Assembly: GCA_965219575.1 (NCBI GenBank)
Contig: OZ244779.1
Coordinates: forward strand, 844,769 to 908,768
Direction of reading: 5' to 3'
Origin: Candidatus Oxydemutatoraceae bacterium
GTDB taxonomy: Bacteria > Pseudomonadota > Gammaproteobacteria > Poriferisulfidales > Oxydemutatoraceae
DNA length: 64,000 bases
The translations under genes were made by a program, and so were the position numbers. The notes under the pieces were generated by a model, which had not been told where the DNA came from, ran no database searches, and saw only the letters and a program-made list of their open reading frames with translations. The stretch's first letter is position 1. Each line of letters starts with the position of its first letter. Shown piece by piece: positions 12,001 through 21,220 of this stretch.

Positions 12001-15000
12001 CGACGGCTTTTCTAGCCGAGCAAGACCGAACCGCTGCCACTTTAAGTTTCAATGTGCCTATCGTTTTTGTATCTCGTGACGATACCGGTCGGGATGTGGA
12101 AATCACACTGACCGTTAATGATGGTTTTACGAGTAGCAGTGAGACCCGGACGGTGACCGTCGCCAAAGCCGATAACGGTCAACCGAGCTTTACCGAGACG
12201 GTGACCGTATCGTCAATAAGCATTGCCGTCGTGCCGGGGAGCGATGCCGACGGCGTCGTCACGATCGATAGTTATACTTGGCAACGCCGCAGTGCCGATG
12301 ATAGCGAATGGACGACGATTCCCGGTGAGACATCGGCAATGTTTAGCATCCCGACACAAGACAACGGTGGCACCCTGTATCGTGTGCAGGTGATGACTAC
12401 CGATGCGCAAGGCAACGATTTTACCGGTATATTAGGTCCGTATAGAAATAGAACCGATATAGACGATGACGACGACGGTTTGATAGATATCTACTACTTG
12501 GAAGACTTGGATGCGGTGCGTCATCAAACCGACGGTAGTGGCTATGGGACAACCGATATCACCCGAGGTTGCCCATCGAATAGTTGTATGGGTTATGAGC
12601 TGCGTAGAGACTTGGATTTCACGACGACCCAAAGCTATGTAGATGCGACGACAAATAGAGCGGCGTGGACGGTGGATAATTTTGCCATCGCCGGCGATAG
12701 CGGTTGGGATCCTATCGGTTCTGTTGCCAACAATAATTGTAGCGATGCGAGTAGTGATTGTTTTGCCGGTGTTTTCGAAGGCAACGGCTTTAGCATTTCC
12801 AATCTGCAAATCAATAGAGACAACACCAACGAGATCGGTATGTTTGCCGGCAATAGCAATACCGGCACCATTCGCAATCTCGGTTTGCGAGAAATAGAAG
12901 TAGAAGGTAATGTCAGGACCGGTGGGCTGGTCGGTCGCAACGAGGGTAATCTAATCAATGCCCATGTGATTGAGAGCCGCGTTCAAGGAGGAAACAATGC
13001 CGGTCTTTTAGCCGGCGTAAACGGGTCAAGTGGGTTAATCATCAACAGTTATGTGCGTGGCACTGTGGTAGGTTCTCGTTGGGTTGCCGGCATCTGTGGC
13101 ATCAACACCGGCAGAATTATCAATAGCTATGCCGAGGTCATGGCGAGCGGCGTAAGGGAAGTCGGTGGTTTGGTGGCTGAGAATCAAGGAACTATTCGCA
13201 ATAGTTATGCGATGGGTTCTGTGCGTATCACTTCTACCGATACTAATAATCGCCGAAGCGTGGGGGGTCTGATCGCTGTATTATGGACAGGCACTAATCC
13301 GAGCGTTACAAACACTTATTCGACCGTCGCAGTGACAGCCGTTTTAAGTGCTAATAACATCGGCGGTCTAATCGGCAGTAGACACTCATCCAACCCACCG
13401 ATAACCGCGAGCTACTGGGATACCGATACGAGTGAGCGAACGGCTTCTCCGGGAGGTGGCATCGCTCAGACGACCTCTGAATTGCAAATGCCGACTGCGC
13501 CGGGAACCGCACCGACCGATGTGTATTACCAATGGAGTACCGACGATTGGGATTTCGGCACCTCTCGGACTTATGCTGCATTGCGCTATGCCAGCGGCGA
13601 CGACAGCGACAACCCCGGCTGCGATGTAGATCCCGATACGCCACTGCCGCTTTGTCGTAGCTTATTGCCCGGTCAGCGTGCGGTGCCGGTTGGAGAAAAC
13701 ACCACGCCGACGATTAAAACCAATGCGTCTTTATCGATTAGCTTGGATGAAGATGCTGATACTACATTGAATGTCGTAATTAACGATGAAGATGATGATG
13801 TGCTGAGAGTCAGCATTGTTTCGAGCAATGAGGCGATTGCAACGGCAATGGTTAGCGGTGCGGGTGGCACCCGAGTGCTAGAGATTAGCGGTGTCGGTGT
13901 CGGCGATGCGACGATTACTGTGACGGTGGACGACGGCAGAGGTGAAACAAACTCTACGGCATCGTTGGTATTTAATGTGTCGGTGTCGGCAGACCCGCGA
14001 CCGATGATTACGCTGGCACCCGCAACCGATCAATCACTACCGCTCGGTAGTATGCCCGATATCATGGTTTCGGTAGCGGATGCTAATTATGGCGAGGGTG
14101 AGACGGTGACATTGGCGGCAAGGTCGTCGGACCCGACGATTGTGTCGGTGATGCCACCGACCGTTACCGGCATCATGGATAATACGGCTGAAACCTTTAG
14201 GCTAAACGCTATGCGAGGTGGGATGGCAACGATTACCTTTACCGCACAGGACAGCAACGGATTAAGCGACAGTGCCGACCTATCGGTGCGTGTCAATGCG
14301 CCGCCGACGCTGAGCGGTATTCCCGAACAAACAGTCCGGCTGCTGGAAGGTATGAATACTTCGATAGTCGTGACACCGGACGATGCGAATACCGACGATA
14401 TGCCTGCTAATTTCGTGGTGCGTGCTACATCCGATACACCCGGAGTTGCCGGGGTGAGTGTCAGTGCCGGTGGAACCACGCGCACGCTTACGATTCGCGG
14501 TATCGGTGCCGGCGATGCGACGATTACGGTGACGGTGAACGACGGTACCGGCGAAGCCAATGCGACGGCTTCATCAGTGTTTGATGTGGCGGTGGTGGAG
14601 AATACCGTTCCGACGCTACTGCTTGCATCATCGGCTCTAACGCTACCGATCAATAGCACGACCGATACCATCGTCTCGGTTGCGGACGGCAATTTTGATT
14701 TAGGCGATGTTGTCACATTGACGGCAGTGTCGTCCACCCCATCGGTGGTATCGGTGATGCCGATGCAAGCCGGTATAACAACCAATACCGGTACAACCTT
14801 TGTGCTGAATACCGATCAAGGTGGCGTATCAATGATTACCTTTACCGCAACCGACCGAGCCAGATCGGGCACTCGTGCCGACCTATCGGTGCGTGTCAAC
14901 ACACCACCGACGCTGAGCGGTATTCCCGAGCAACCGGTCAGGCTGTTGGAAGGTATGAATACCTCGATAGATGTGACGCCGGACGATGCCGATGCCGACG

Positions 15001-18000
15001 ATACTCTTGATTTAAGAATCGCCACCGACGATAGCACGATTGCGAGTGCAACGATTATCGCAACCACCGGTGCCGTGCGCACGCTTGAGATTGTCGGTGT
15101 CGGTGTCGGCAATACGACGCTTACCGTGACGGTGAACGACGGTCGAGGTGTAGCAAACTCGGTGGTTTCGGAACAATTTACGGTGCAAGTGGGAGGCAGC
15201 ATAGCCCCGATACTCGAGATTGTTGCCGCACCCGAACAGCCGATACAACTGGGTAGCACCGCACAAGTAGTGGTCGGTGTGTCGGATAGTAATTTTGACT
15301 TGGGCGATCGTATCACATTGACGGCGATGTCGTCGAGCCGAACCATCGTATCGGTGATGCCGGGACAGATTGACGATATCAGGTCGGGTACGCGTGCGAC
15401 TTTGACGCTGATGGCAAACAGAGCGGGTGTCGCGGAAATCGAAGTGACCGCAACCGACCGTGCAGATTTAAGCAGTAGTGGCACCTTGGAAGTGGTAGTC
15501 AATACCCCACCGACACCGAGTGCTCGGGTGCCGACCCGAGCTATCATCGCAACGGTCGGCGTGTCGTTTGAAAGAGATATCGGCGAGTTTTTTAGCGATG
15601 CCGACGGCGACACACTGACATACGGCATTGCAATAGAACCGACGAGTGGTTTGATAGACGGCTTCAGCACAACTAACGGCACATGGACCTTCACGGCAAC
15701 CGATGCCGATGTCAGCCGAAACACGGCAGGGTCGACGGTGACGGTGTCGGCGGATGACGGCAGAGGCGGTCGCGTGCAGGCGAGCTTCACACTATTGATA
15801 GATGCGCCGCCGACCGGTACTGTGCGCATAGCACCGGACAGCGACGATAGATGGCGGTTGCGTACGATATCAACGCTCGCCGATGCCAACGGGATTGAGA
15901 CGACGAGCTATCGGTGGTTCATTAACGACACTTTGATAGACGGCGCAACCGAGAATGACTATCGCATCCCCGACGATAGACCGTCGCGAACCGCCGGCAC
16001 ACGCTATAGGCTGGAGGCAACGGTTGTAGATAACATCGGACAATCGGTGACAACACAATCCAATGTGTATATGGTGGCGAATATCGCTCCGATGATTACG
16101 CGGGTTAATGTTGTACCGTCCCCGGTGAGCGAGGGTGGTACGGTTAGTATGACTGCCGAGGCATCCGACGAGAACTTCGATAGCTTAAGCTATAGGTGGC
16201 GTGTGAGTAGCATCAATGCCACCGAAGCCGATGTGTCGGGAGCTACGGCACTGTTAACTCTTCGCGACTACTTTGTGACCGATGCGAATGCCGCTACGGC
16301 GACGGCGATCTTTGTGGTATCAGTAAGTGACGGAACGATCGAGACGACAGGAATGTTCTCGGTGGAGGTGAACAAGGAAGATAACGGCGTGGTGTCGGTA
16401 AACAACCTCACCAGATCGCCTACGACCGAGACCCGATTGATTTTTACCGGTATAGACAAGACGACTGAGACCGACGGTGGCGTGCGCGGAAGTGCGACCT
16501 ATCACTGGCAACAGTGTCTGGGCAGTCTAGGTGATGATTGCTCGATAGATGTGGGTGTCGGTTCGGGTTGGCGGGACATCGTCGGACAGACCGGCACTTT
16601 AGGCAGCAGCGATATTTTCTACGAGGTCCCGAGCACACTGTCGGCACCTTCAAATCCAAACCATCGGGTGCGTTCGGGCGATAGGTTCCGTGTCAGGATA
16701 GCGTATACCGACTTGCAAGCCTATACGAGGAGTGTCTACTCGTCTAATCTAGGTGCAAGGCTGGGACAAAATACGACACCGACGATTATGAGCAATGCGG
16801 CGCGTGATCTGAGACTGCTGGAGGGAGGTCGCATCACGGTGCCGGTGTCGGTGGGCGATACGGACGGCGGTGTATTGAATGTAAAAGCCCTCCCAGCCGA
16901 CGATACGATTGCAAGTGCAATGATTAGCGGAGATGGAATCACCCGCACGCTTACGATTGTCGGAAAGCGTGCCGGTAAGACGATGATTACCGCAACGGTA
17001 GACGACGGCACCGGCGAAGCCAATGCGACGGCTTCTTTGGTGTTTGATGTGACGGTGGAGAAGAATACCGTTCCGACGCTATTGCTTGCATCGTCATCGG
17101 CTCTAACGCTACCGACCGATACCACGACCGATACCATCGTCTCGGTTGCGGACGACAATTTTGATTTAGGCGATGTTGTCACATTGACGGCGGTATCGTC
17201 AACCCCATCGGTGGTCTCGGTGATGCCGATGCAAGTCGATATAACGACCGATACGAGTGTGCGCTTCGTGCTGAATGCCGAGCAAGGTGGCGTGTCAATG
17301 ATTACCTTTGTTGCAACCGACCGAGCCGGATCGGACACTCGTGCCGAGCTATCGGTGCGTGTCAATACGACACCGACGCTGAGCGGTATTCCCGAGCAAC
17401 CGATTAGGCTATTGGGAGGAGTTAATCGTGAATTGGTCTTGACGATAGCCGATGCCGATGCCGACGATAGCCTTGATATAAGAATTGATAGTAGCGATAG
17501 CATGATTGCGAGCGCAACGATTATCGCAACCACCGGTGCCATGCGCACGCTTGAGATTAGCGGAGAGCGTGCCGGCAATACGACGATTACGGTGACGGTG
17601 AACGACGGCCGAAGTGTGGCAAACTCGCAAGTATCAAGACAATTTGCGGTGCAGGTAGAAGCCTCCGAAGCACCGATGATTGACATTATTTCCGCACCCC
17701 GGCAGGTGATAGAACCGGGTGGCACCGCCGACATCGTAGTTCGGGTGTCGGACGCTAATTTTGATTTCGGCGATCGTGTCGCACTGACGGCAATGTCATC
17801 TAGCCGAACGATTGTATCGGTGATGCCAGAGCAGATTGACGATATCGAGGCGGAGAGGCGTGAAACCTTGACATTGAGGGCAAACAGAGCCGGTGTCGCA
17901 GAGATTATATTGACCGCAACCGACAGCGAGGGGTTGCGCAGTAGCGAGACCGTGATGGTGAATGTCAATACACCACCGCAAGTGGTGTCGGAGCGAGTGC

Positions 18001-19196
18001 CGACCCGAGCCATCATCGCAACGATCGGCGTGCGGTTTGAGCTACAGACCGCCGACTTCTTTAGCGATGCCGACGACGATGTCTTGACCTACAATATCGC
18101 AATAGTACCGCCGAGCGACTTGACAGACGGCTTCAGCACCACTAACGGTACATGGACATTCACGGCAACCGATACCGATGCCAGCCAAAACATGACGGGT
18201 TCTATCGTGACGGTTTCGGCGGATGACGGCAGAGACGGTCGCGTGCAGGCAACCTTCACACTGCTGATAGATGCACCACCGACTGGCGATGTACGCATAG
18301 AACCGGACAGCGACGATAGATGGTTGTTGCGTACGATTTCAACGATAGCCGATGCCAACGGGATTGCGACGACGAGCTCTCGTTGGTTTATCAACGACAT
18401 TTTGATAGACGGTGCAACCGAGAATGCATATCGCATCCCCGACAACAGAGCGTCGCGAGCCGCCGGCACACGCTATAGGCTGGAGGCAACGGTTGTAGAT
18501 AATATCGGTCAATTGGTGTCGACGCGATCCAATGTGTATACGGTTGCCGACGAAAGCCCGGTGATTGTGAGCATCACCGCCCCGCAGACAATAAACGAGA
18601 CAACTCCGACACAAAACATCAATATCAGTGTGACTGCAAGCGACCCGAACTACGATGACTTGACTTATAGCTGGAGTGCAGATCCCGAGACATTAAACAA
18701 TGCAACCTCACCGACGGCAACCTTGGTTGTTCCGCCCGACTTCGTGGCTGCGGCATCCAGCGACACGACGGTGAACATAGCGGTCGTGGTAAGCGACGGG
18801 ACGGCTACTATGACAAGTATGACCTCGGTGGTGGTGAATAAGGTAAATAACGGTGCGATCACCATCACCATAGATGCGTCGATAGAAGTAGGAAGCGAGG
18901 CGACGACACTCACGGCGATGAGATTGACCGATGATCCCGACGGCAACCCGAGTGATGATGTGAGGTATCAATGGCAAATCTGCTCGGCGGAAGGGAACTG
19001 GGACAACATTACCGATGCGACCACAAGATCGTATTTAATCACATCGGATTCCGGAGGCAACAGCTTCCGTGTCCAAGCACGCTATACCGACGGACAAGGC
19101 TATATGGAGGTAGTTAATTCGCCGGCACAGTGTACCCCGTTGACTTCAGGCATCAGGATACGCGCCAAAGTATTTTTAGAAGGTCCGCTCCAGTAG
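6081..19196 (+). CDS. Giant (4371 aa) secreted adhesin-like protein with GLUG-like beta-helix, cadherin-like and Ig-like repeats
   Basis: Signal peptide ending VFA-Q. Four modules start with DxDDDGLI[ED] (~6190, 8280, 10340, 12460) and contain GGLVG-N-G-I-NSYA repeats. Then T/V/D-rich beta-sandwich repeats (ITVTVNDG). Ends IRIRAKVFLEGPLQ. Confidence 0.9.
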   Translation: MQINFRKYGFLLCLGLLAVQPVFAQAPSFEMACTTEDIDDDDDGLIELCYLEDVDAIRNNLSGTNLQRSGETTLDMGCPDTGCNGYELVRDLDFTTTQSYVDGVVNADWVISDEDFNNNTKLGWSPLGTFASSAVFEGNGYRISNLHIDREGSNEVGLFVGNRGTIRNFGLSEIRVEGRNEVGGLMGSNAGRLMNVYVNEDSSVTALNTAGLLAGRNESSGLIINSHVRGTVSVRLSEVGGICAYSEGRIINSYADADVSGRDFFVGGLVGEIEEAGSVINSYAAGTVSNFANQSNTGGLIGDIDDARARVSNSYSITEVGSVAGGGLSGQNSGLVRNSYWDTEASGRSTSRGGSGRTTEQLQMPTNQNAAMGIYASWSSDDWDFGTSRTYAALRYAEGDDSDNPACDVDPDTPLPPCGAVLSGQTIRDRGLSILFFVIDGVQQDNTRVLRDQPFSPAQFTYDIKMPSTMMFQLRPYAINSTETISITKQGDTENTDYFDDKNSGELSDDIMLQAATTETLTITAGDVTYTLNIEVGPANRLRIVRFDSMPGAGNLIDEGQPVSLTIGIAGGSGNYAYFLQQGDTVLEQRQSMNMTETFNVVIPPDFVAADQTTQTIVYTITVVGEFETVRADLALIAERVNNSTPQLRLNRGTGSLVVAHITDDPDGVGTFTYRWQRQITSGANWTDIPDANTDRYALSSNTTSTIRYRVMVDHTDGQGNMSSYTLGPSVIDVDRDDDGLIEIYYLDNLDAIRHQRDGSGYRSSSGATRITTGCPDTGCNGYELVGDLDFTTTQSYISGIVNDDWVLSDDDFTDTMKPGWSPLGTFASTAVFEGNGYRISNLHINRDNTNNIGLFSNNNGTIRNFGLSEIRVEGLSAVGGLVGSNESRLMNVYVDGDSSVTVRGGSIGLLAGRNESGGLIINSHVRGTASGVSFVGGICGENNGAIINSYADAEVSGTGVGTGGLVGNINDGFVINSYATGSVSGGSSSSAGLIGRVLDVRGIRNSYSIATVAASNNAEGLLAGNIIGTVRDSYWDTETSGRSTSRGGSGRTTAQLQMPTGATGIYANWSSDDWDFGDASSYPALRYAGGDDNNNPACDVAPDTSLPPCGAVLSGQTIRDRGLSILFFEVGGVQLDNARVFQDQPFSPLVFDYDITTPGRRTEIALRPYAINDTATISVLRASDNTSYFDGRHSGDLSAPIVLEAGIAEVLQLRTDGLTYNFDVIRGPQSPVEIVSFATTPSIATVNEGDAIRFQAVFRNGSGDYRYSLQQQGTVIAQGQDTTATITVTVPDTFVAAERTTQNIVYTITVDDGFDTTSTALTLTVSREDNGAPQLGLNVSPTELRITSAVDDPDGAGSFGFQWQRRDEDDSGWSNISVNDSATVPSTSVSTVRYRVIVNHTDGQGYDTTYRIGPFPIDVDGDDDGLIDVYYLEDLDAIRYQPDGSGYGLAAAESKITSGCPTNTCVGYELLRDLDFTTTQSYVDVMSNRDEWTVDDPAVATDTGWLPIATVDAPFTSLFNGNNNNISNLQINRDTVDDASIGLFAALSSSARLENVGILDVAIGGRGSVGSLVGQNEGVIANSYAQGKVEGAQHCVGGLVAFNDATGVIINSYANVMTTSTAVLSAGGLVGNNTGTIRNSYAAGDVGGVCDVGGLVAENGSGGEIVNSYAAGAVSRSGSCSDAVTRTRAGGLVADNAGLIRNSYVRGSISAGGGTAGGLVAVGASGTIESSYWDSTVNSDITADDEDGIAASTVALQTPQSAMGIYADWSSDDWDFGTAMQYPLLRYTSPTDIAIAAVCDDDLDTALPPCGSALLSQAQSGLSNLLFFVGSNAVAPEPPFSLSVLSGYTVTVENTNTIELLPYGINPLGESIAIRRVGDETATDYFEGKRSGERSLPIPLPEGVSTLEIVVGTDSDDMSSVTYSTTVTNTVNRVVVEEIIAPDRVSEGDAINLSATVTGGARTAYRYQWTSTPTAFLAEQDRTAATLSFNVPIVFVSRDDTGRDVEITLTVNDGFTSSSETRTVTVAKADNGQPSFTETVTVSSISIAVVPGSDADGVVTIDSYTWQRRSADDSEWTTIPGETSAMFSIPTQDNGGTLYRVQVMTTDAQGNDFTGILGPYRNRTDIDDDDDGLIDIYYLEDLDAVRHQTDGSGYGTTDITRGCPSNSCMGYELRRDLDFTTTQSYVDATTNRAAWTVDNFAIAGDSGWDPIGSVANNNCSDASSDCFAGVFEGNGFSISNLQINRDNTNEIGMFAGNSNTGTIRNLGLREIEVEGNVRTGGLVGRNEGNLINAHVIESRVQGGNNAGLLAGVNGSSGLIINSYVRGTVVGSRWVAGICGINTGRIINSYAEVMASGVREVGGLVAENQGTIRNSYAMGSVRITSTDTNNRRSVGGLIAVLWTGTNPSVTNTYSTVAVTAVLSANNIGGLIGSRHSSNPPITASYWDTDTSERTASPGGGIAQTTSELQMPTAPGTAPTDVYYQWSTDDWDFGTSRTYAALRYASGDDSDNPGCDVDPDTPLPLCRSLLPGQRAVPVGENTTPTIKTNASLSISLDEDADTTLNVVINDEDDDVLRVSIVSSNEAIATAMVSGAGGTRVLEISGVGVGDATITVTVDDGRGETNSTASLVFNVSVSADPRPMITLAPATDQSLPLGSMPDIMVSVADANYGEGETVTLAARSSDPTIVSVMPPTVTGIMDNTAETFRLNAMRGGMATITFTAQDSNGLSDSADLSVRVNAPPTLSGIPEQTVRLLEGMNTSIVVTPDDANTDDMPANFVVRATSDTPGVAGVSVSAGGTTRTLTIRGIGAGDATITVTVNDGTGEANATASSVFDVAVVENTVPTLLLASSALTLPINSTTDTIVSVADGNFDLGDVVTLTAVSSTPSVVSVMPMQAGITTNTGTTFVLNTDQGGVSMITFTATDRARSGTRADLSVRVNTPPTLSGIPEQPVRLLEGMNTSIDVTPDDADADDTLDLRIATDDSTIASATIIATTGAVRTLEIVGVGVGNTTLTVTVNDGRGVANSVVSEQFTVQVGGSIAPILEIVAAPEQPIQLGSTAQVVVGVSDSNFDLGDRITLTAMSSSRTIVSVMPGQIDDIRSGTRATLTLMANRAGVAEIEVTATDRADLSSSGTLEVVVNTPPTPSARVPTRAIIATVGVSFERDIGEFFSDADGDTLTYGIAIEPTSGLIDGFSTTNGTWTFTATDADVSRNTAGSTVTVSADDGRGGRVQASFTLLIDAPPTGTVRIAPDSDDRWRLRTISTLADANGIETTSYRWFINDTLIDGATENDYRIPDDRPSRTAGTRYRLEATVVDNIGQSVTTQSNVYMVANIAPMITRVNVVPSPVSEGGTVSMTAEASDENFDSLSYRWRVSSINATEADVSGATALLTLRDYFVTDANAATATAIFVVSVSDGTIETTGMFSVEVNKEDNGVVSVNNLTRSPTTETRLIFTGIDKTTETDGGVRGSATYHWQQCLGSLGDDCSIDVGVGSGWRDIVGQTGTLGSSDIFYEVPSTLSAPSNPNHRVRSGDRFRVRIAYTDLQAYTRSVYSSNLGARLGQNTTPTIMSNAARDLRLLEGGRITVPVSVGDTDGGVLNVKALPADDTIASAMISGDGITRTLTIVGKRAGKTMITATVDDGTGEANATASLVFDVTVEKNTVPTLLLASSSALTLPTDTTTDTIVSVADDNFDLGDVVTLTAVSSTPSVVSVMPMQVDITTDTSVRFVLNAEQGGVSMITFVATDRAGSDTRAELSVRVNTTPTLSGIPEQPIRLLGGVNRELVLTIADADADDSLDIRIDSSDSMIASATIIATTGAMRTLEISGERAGNTTITVTVNDGRSVANSQVSRQFAVQVEASEAPMIDIISAPRQVIEPGGTADIVVRVSDANFDFGDRVALTAMSSSRTIVSVMPEQIDDIEAERRETLTLRANRAGVAEIILTATDSEGLRSSETVMVNVNTPPQVVSERVPTRAIIATIGVRFELQTADFFSDADDDVLTYNIAIVPPSDLTDGFSTTNGTWTFTATDTDASQNMTGSIVTVSADDGRDGRVQATFTLLIDAPPTGDVRIEPDSDDRWLLRTISTIADANGIATTSSRWFINDILIDGATENAYRIPDNRASRAAGTRYRLEATVVDNIGQLVSTRSNVYTVADESPVIVSITAPQTINETTPTQNINISVTASDPNYDDLTYSWSADPETLNNATSPTATLVVPPDFVAAASSDTTVNIAVVVSDGTATMTSMTSVVVNKVNNGAITITIDASIEVGSEATTLTAMRLTDDPDGNPSDDVRYQWQICSAEGNWDNITDATTRSYLITSDSGGNSFRVQARYTDGQGYMEVVNSPAQCTPLTSGIRIRAKVFLEGPLQ

Positions 19197-19259
19197 GTCA
19201 ATCGGCAATTTAATTTTAGTCCGCCCCTACCACTCTATGAAGTACTTTTTCAACAGCCC
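19191..19259. repeat. Partial composite repeat fused to the giant gene's stop codon
   Basis: CAGTAGGTCAATCGGCAATTTAATTTTAGTCCGCCCCTAC...ACTTTTTCAACAGCCC, nearly identical to 29336-29404. Confidence 0.85.
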
Positions 19260-19319
19260 ACATTACTACTTTGCGCTTACATTTTAGAACTAAAATTTGC
19301 TTTAGCTGTAATTTTTTGT

Positions 19320-21182
19320 ATGATAAGCAGTTTATCGGATAATAATTTTAACGCTTTACGAAATATGGAAACTTTCCCTCAATTACTAATGCACCGAGCC
19401 GATATGCATGCAAGTTTGCCGGCACTACGAGTTAAACGGCTTGGTTTGTGGAAAACTCACACATGGAGTGATTTTGCACGACATGTGCAGAGTATTGCAA
19501 GCGGTTTATCGGCTATGGGTGTGCAGAAGGGGGACAAAGTGATTGTAGTCAGCGACAACACGCCCGAAGTTATGTTCATGACCTCCGCGCTTCAAGGGTG
19601 TGGAGCTATTCCGGTGCCGCTCAATGCAAACGCATCGGCGAAACTTCTGGCACATGTAATCACAAACCTAAATATCCAATATGCTTATGCGCACGATCAA
19701 CAACAAGTCGACACCTTACTCGATGCCCAGGAACAATCACTCAAGTTAAAATATATTTTCTATACCCATCCTCGCGGTTTGGCATCGTATGACCAAAACT
19801 TATTGCAAAATATAGCAAAGGTTCGGGCGCGCGGTGACGAACATGCGGCTTCGCATCCGGATGCATTCAAGTCTGCGATCAACGCCATTACGCCGAACGA
19901 TATCGCCTTTGTTTTTTTGTCTTCCGGCACCGATGCCGAACCTAAATTAGTGCCGTTGAGTTATGCCAATATGCTACATAATGCGCGCTATATTGCCGAG
20001 GTAGAACAAATCAACGAACACGACGAATTATTGTCGTTTATGCCGATTGCAATGCCGGCTAGTTTTATGTACGGACAAGCGGTTTCTTTTCTATGCGGTT
20101 TTTGTGTGAGTTACCCCGAGAGTAGCGAGACGGTTTTAGAGAACCTGCGAGAAATCGGCCCTACATTATTTTTTGCTTCTGCGCATGTCTACAAATACAT
20201 AACGACCTTAATCCATAATAGGGTTACATTCGCCGGCAATCTAACATACAAGTTGTACGATCGCTATTATGAAAGTGCTCGAATAGGAAAGTCCTCTATG
20301 ATCGGTAATTTATTAATCACCGCACCGATTAAAAATGTCTACGGTTTTAGTCATCTGAGAATAGCGGCGACGAGCGGCGATGCAATCAGTGAGAAGACCT
20401 TCAACTCATTTCGTAAATTGGGGATCGATATAAAACAAATCTACGGTTGTGCAGAAACCGGCGGTGTTATTACTATGCAGACTGCGGAAGAGAAAGAAGC
20501 ACATTCGGTAGGACATTCCATAGCCGGAAGTCAAATTAAAATTAGTGCCGACGGCGAAATTTTGTGTAAGGGTCCTAATGTTTTCAAAGCGTATACCGAT
20601 GGCACATCCGCCACCCTAGACGAGGACGGTTGGTTTCATACCGGCGATCTAGGAGTGATCAAAGGCAAGGAATTATATGTGAAGGATAGAAAAGAATTGG
20701 TTAAAGATTTAGGGGGTGACAAAAAATTGATGCCTAAGATTTTGGAAAATGCAATTAAGTCGTCTCCGTATATTCAAGACGCTTATGTGTGGGCTACCGA
20801 CGACGCAAACGTCTGTGCATTGATTGTTGCCGATGAACATACGGTTGGGTATTGGGCCGAATATCACGATGTACGTTATACCGGCTATCAGGATTTGGTA
20901 TCTAAAAAAGAAGTAGAGGAATTAATTGTTTCGCAAATTAAAGAAGCCAATGCATCTTTGACCACCGATAAGAGAAAAGTTAAATTACAAAGTTTCGTAT
21001 TACTGGCAAGAGGGTTTTCCGGCAGTTTGGGCGAATTGACATGGACCAATAAATTGTGCAGACATGTCATAAAGGAAAATTTTGCAATGATATTGAATAG
21101 CTTGGAAAGTGGAGAATCTATTATTAAGTATGACGACCCGACGATGGGTACCGAAGTTGAATACAAAGTCTGTAGCGTATAA
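19320..21182 (+). CDS. Long-chain fatty acyl-CoA synthetase-like AMP-binding protein
   Basis: LSSGT (degenerate P-loop), QIYGCAETGG, GWFHTGDLG; heads an ABC transporter operon. Confidence 0.85.
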   Translation: MISSLSDNNFNALRNMETFPQLLMHRADMHASLPALRVKRLGLWKTHTWSDFARHVQSIASGLSAMGVQKGDKVIVVSDNTPEVMFMTSALQGCGAIPVPLNANASAKLLAHVITNLNIQYAYAHDQQQVDTLLDAQEQSLKLKYIFYTHPRGLASYDQNLLQNIAKVRARGDEHAASHPDAFKSAINAITPNDIAFVFLSSGTDAEPKLVPLSYANMLHNARYIAEVEQINEHDELLSFMPIAMPASFMYGQAVSFLCGFCVSYPESSETVLENLREIGPTLFFASAHVYKYITTLIHNRVTFAGNLTYKLYDRYYESARIGKSSMIGNLLITAPIKNVYGFSHLRIAATSGDAISEKTFNSFRKLGIDIKQIYGCAETGGVITMQTAEEKEAHSVGHSIAGSQIKISADGEILCKGPNVFKAYTDGTSATLDEDGWFHTGDLGVIKGKELYVKDRKELVKDLGGDKKLMPKILENAIKSSPYIQDAYVWATDDANVCALIVADEHTVGYWAEYHDVRYTGYQDLVSKKEVEELIVSQIKEANASLTTDKRKVKLQSFVLLARGFSGSLGELTWTNKLCRHVIKENFAMILNSLESGESIIKYDDPTMGTEVEYKVCSV

Positions 21183-21220
21183 GACTTTTTGCGATCCCGA
21201 GATATTATTATGGCGACACA

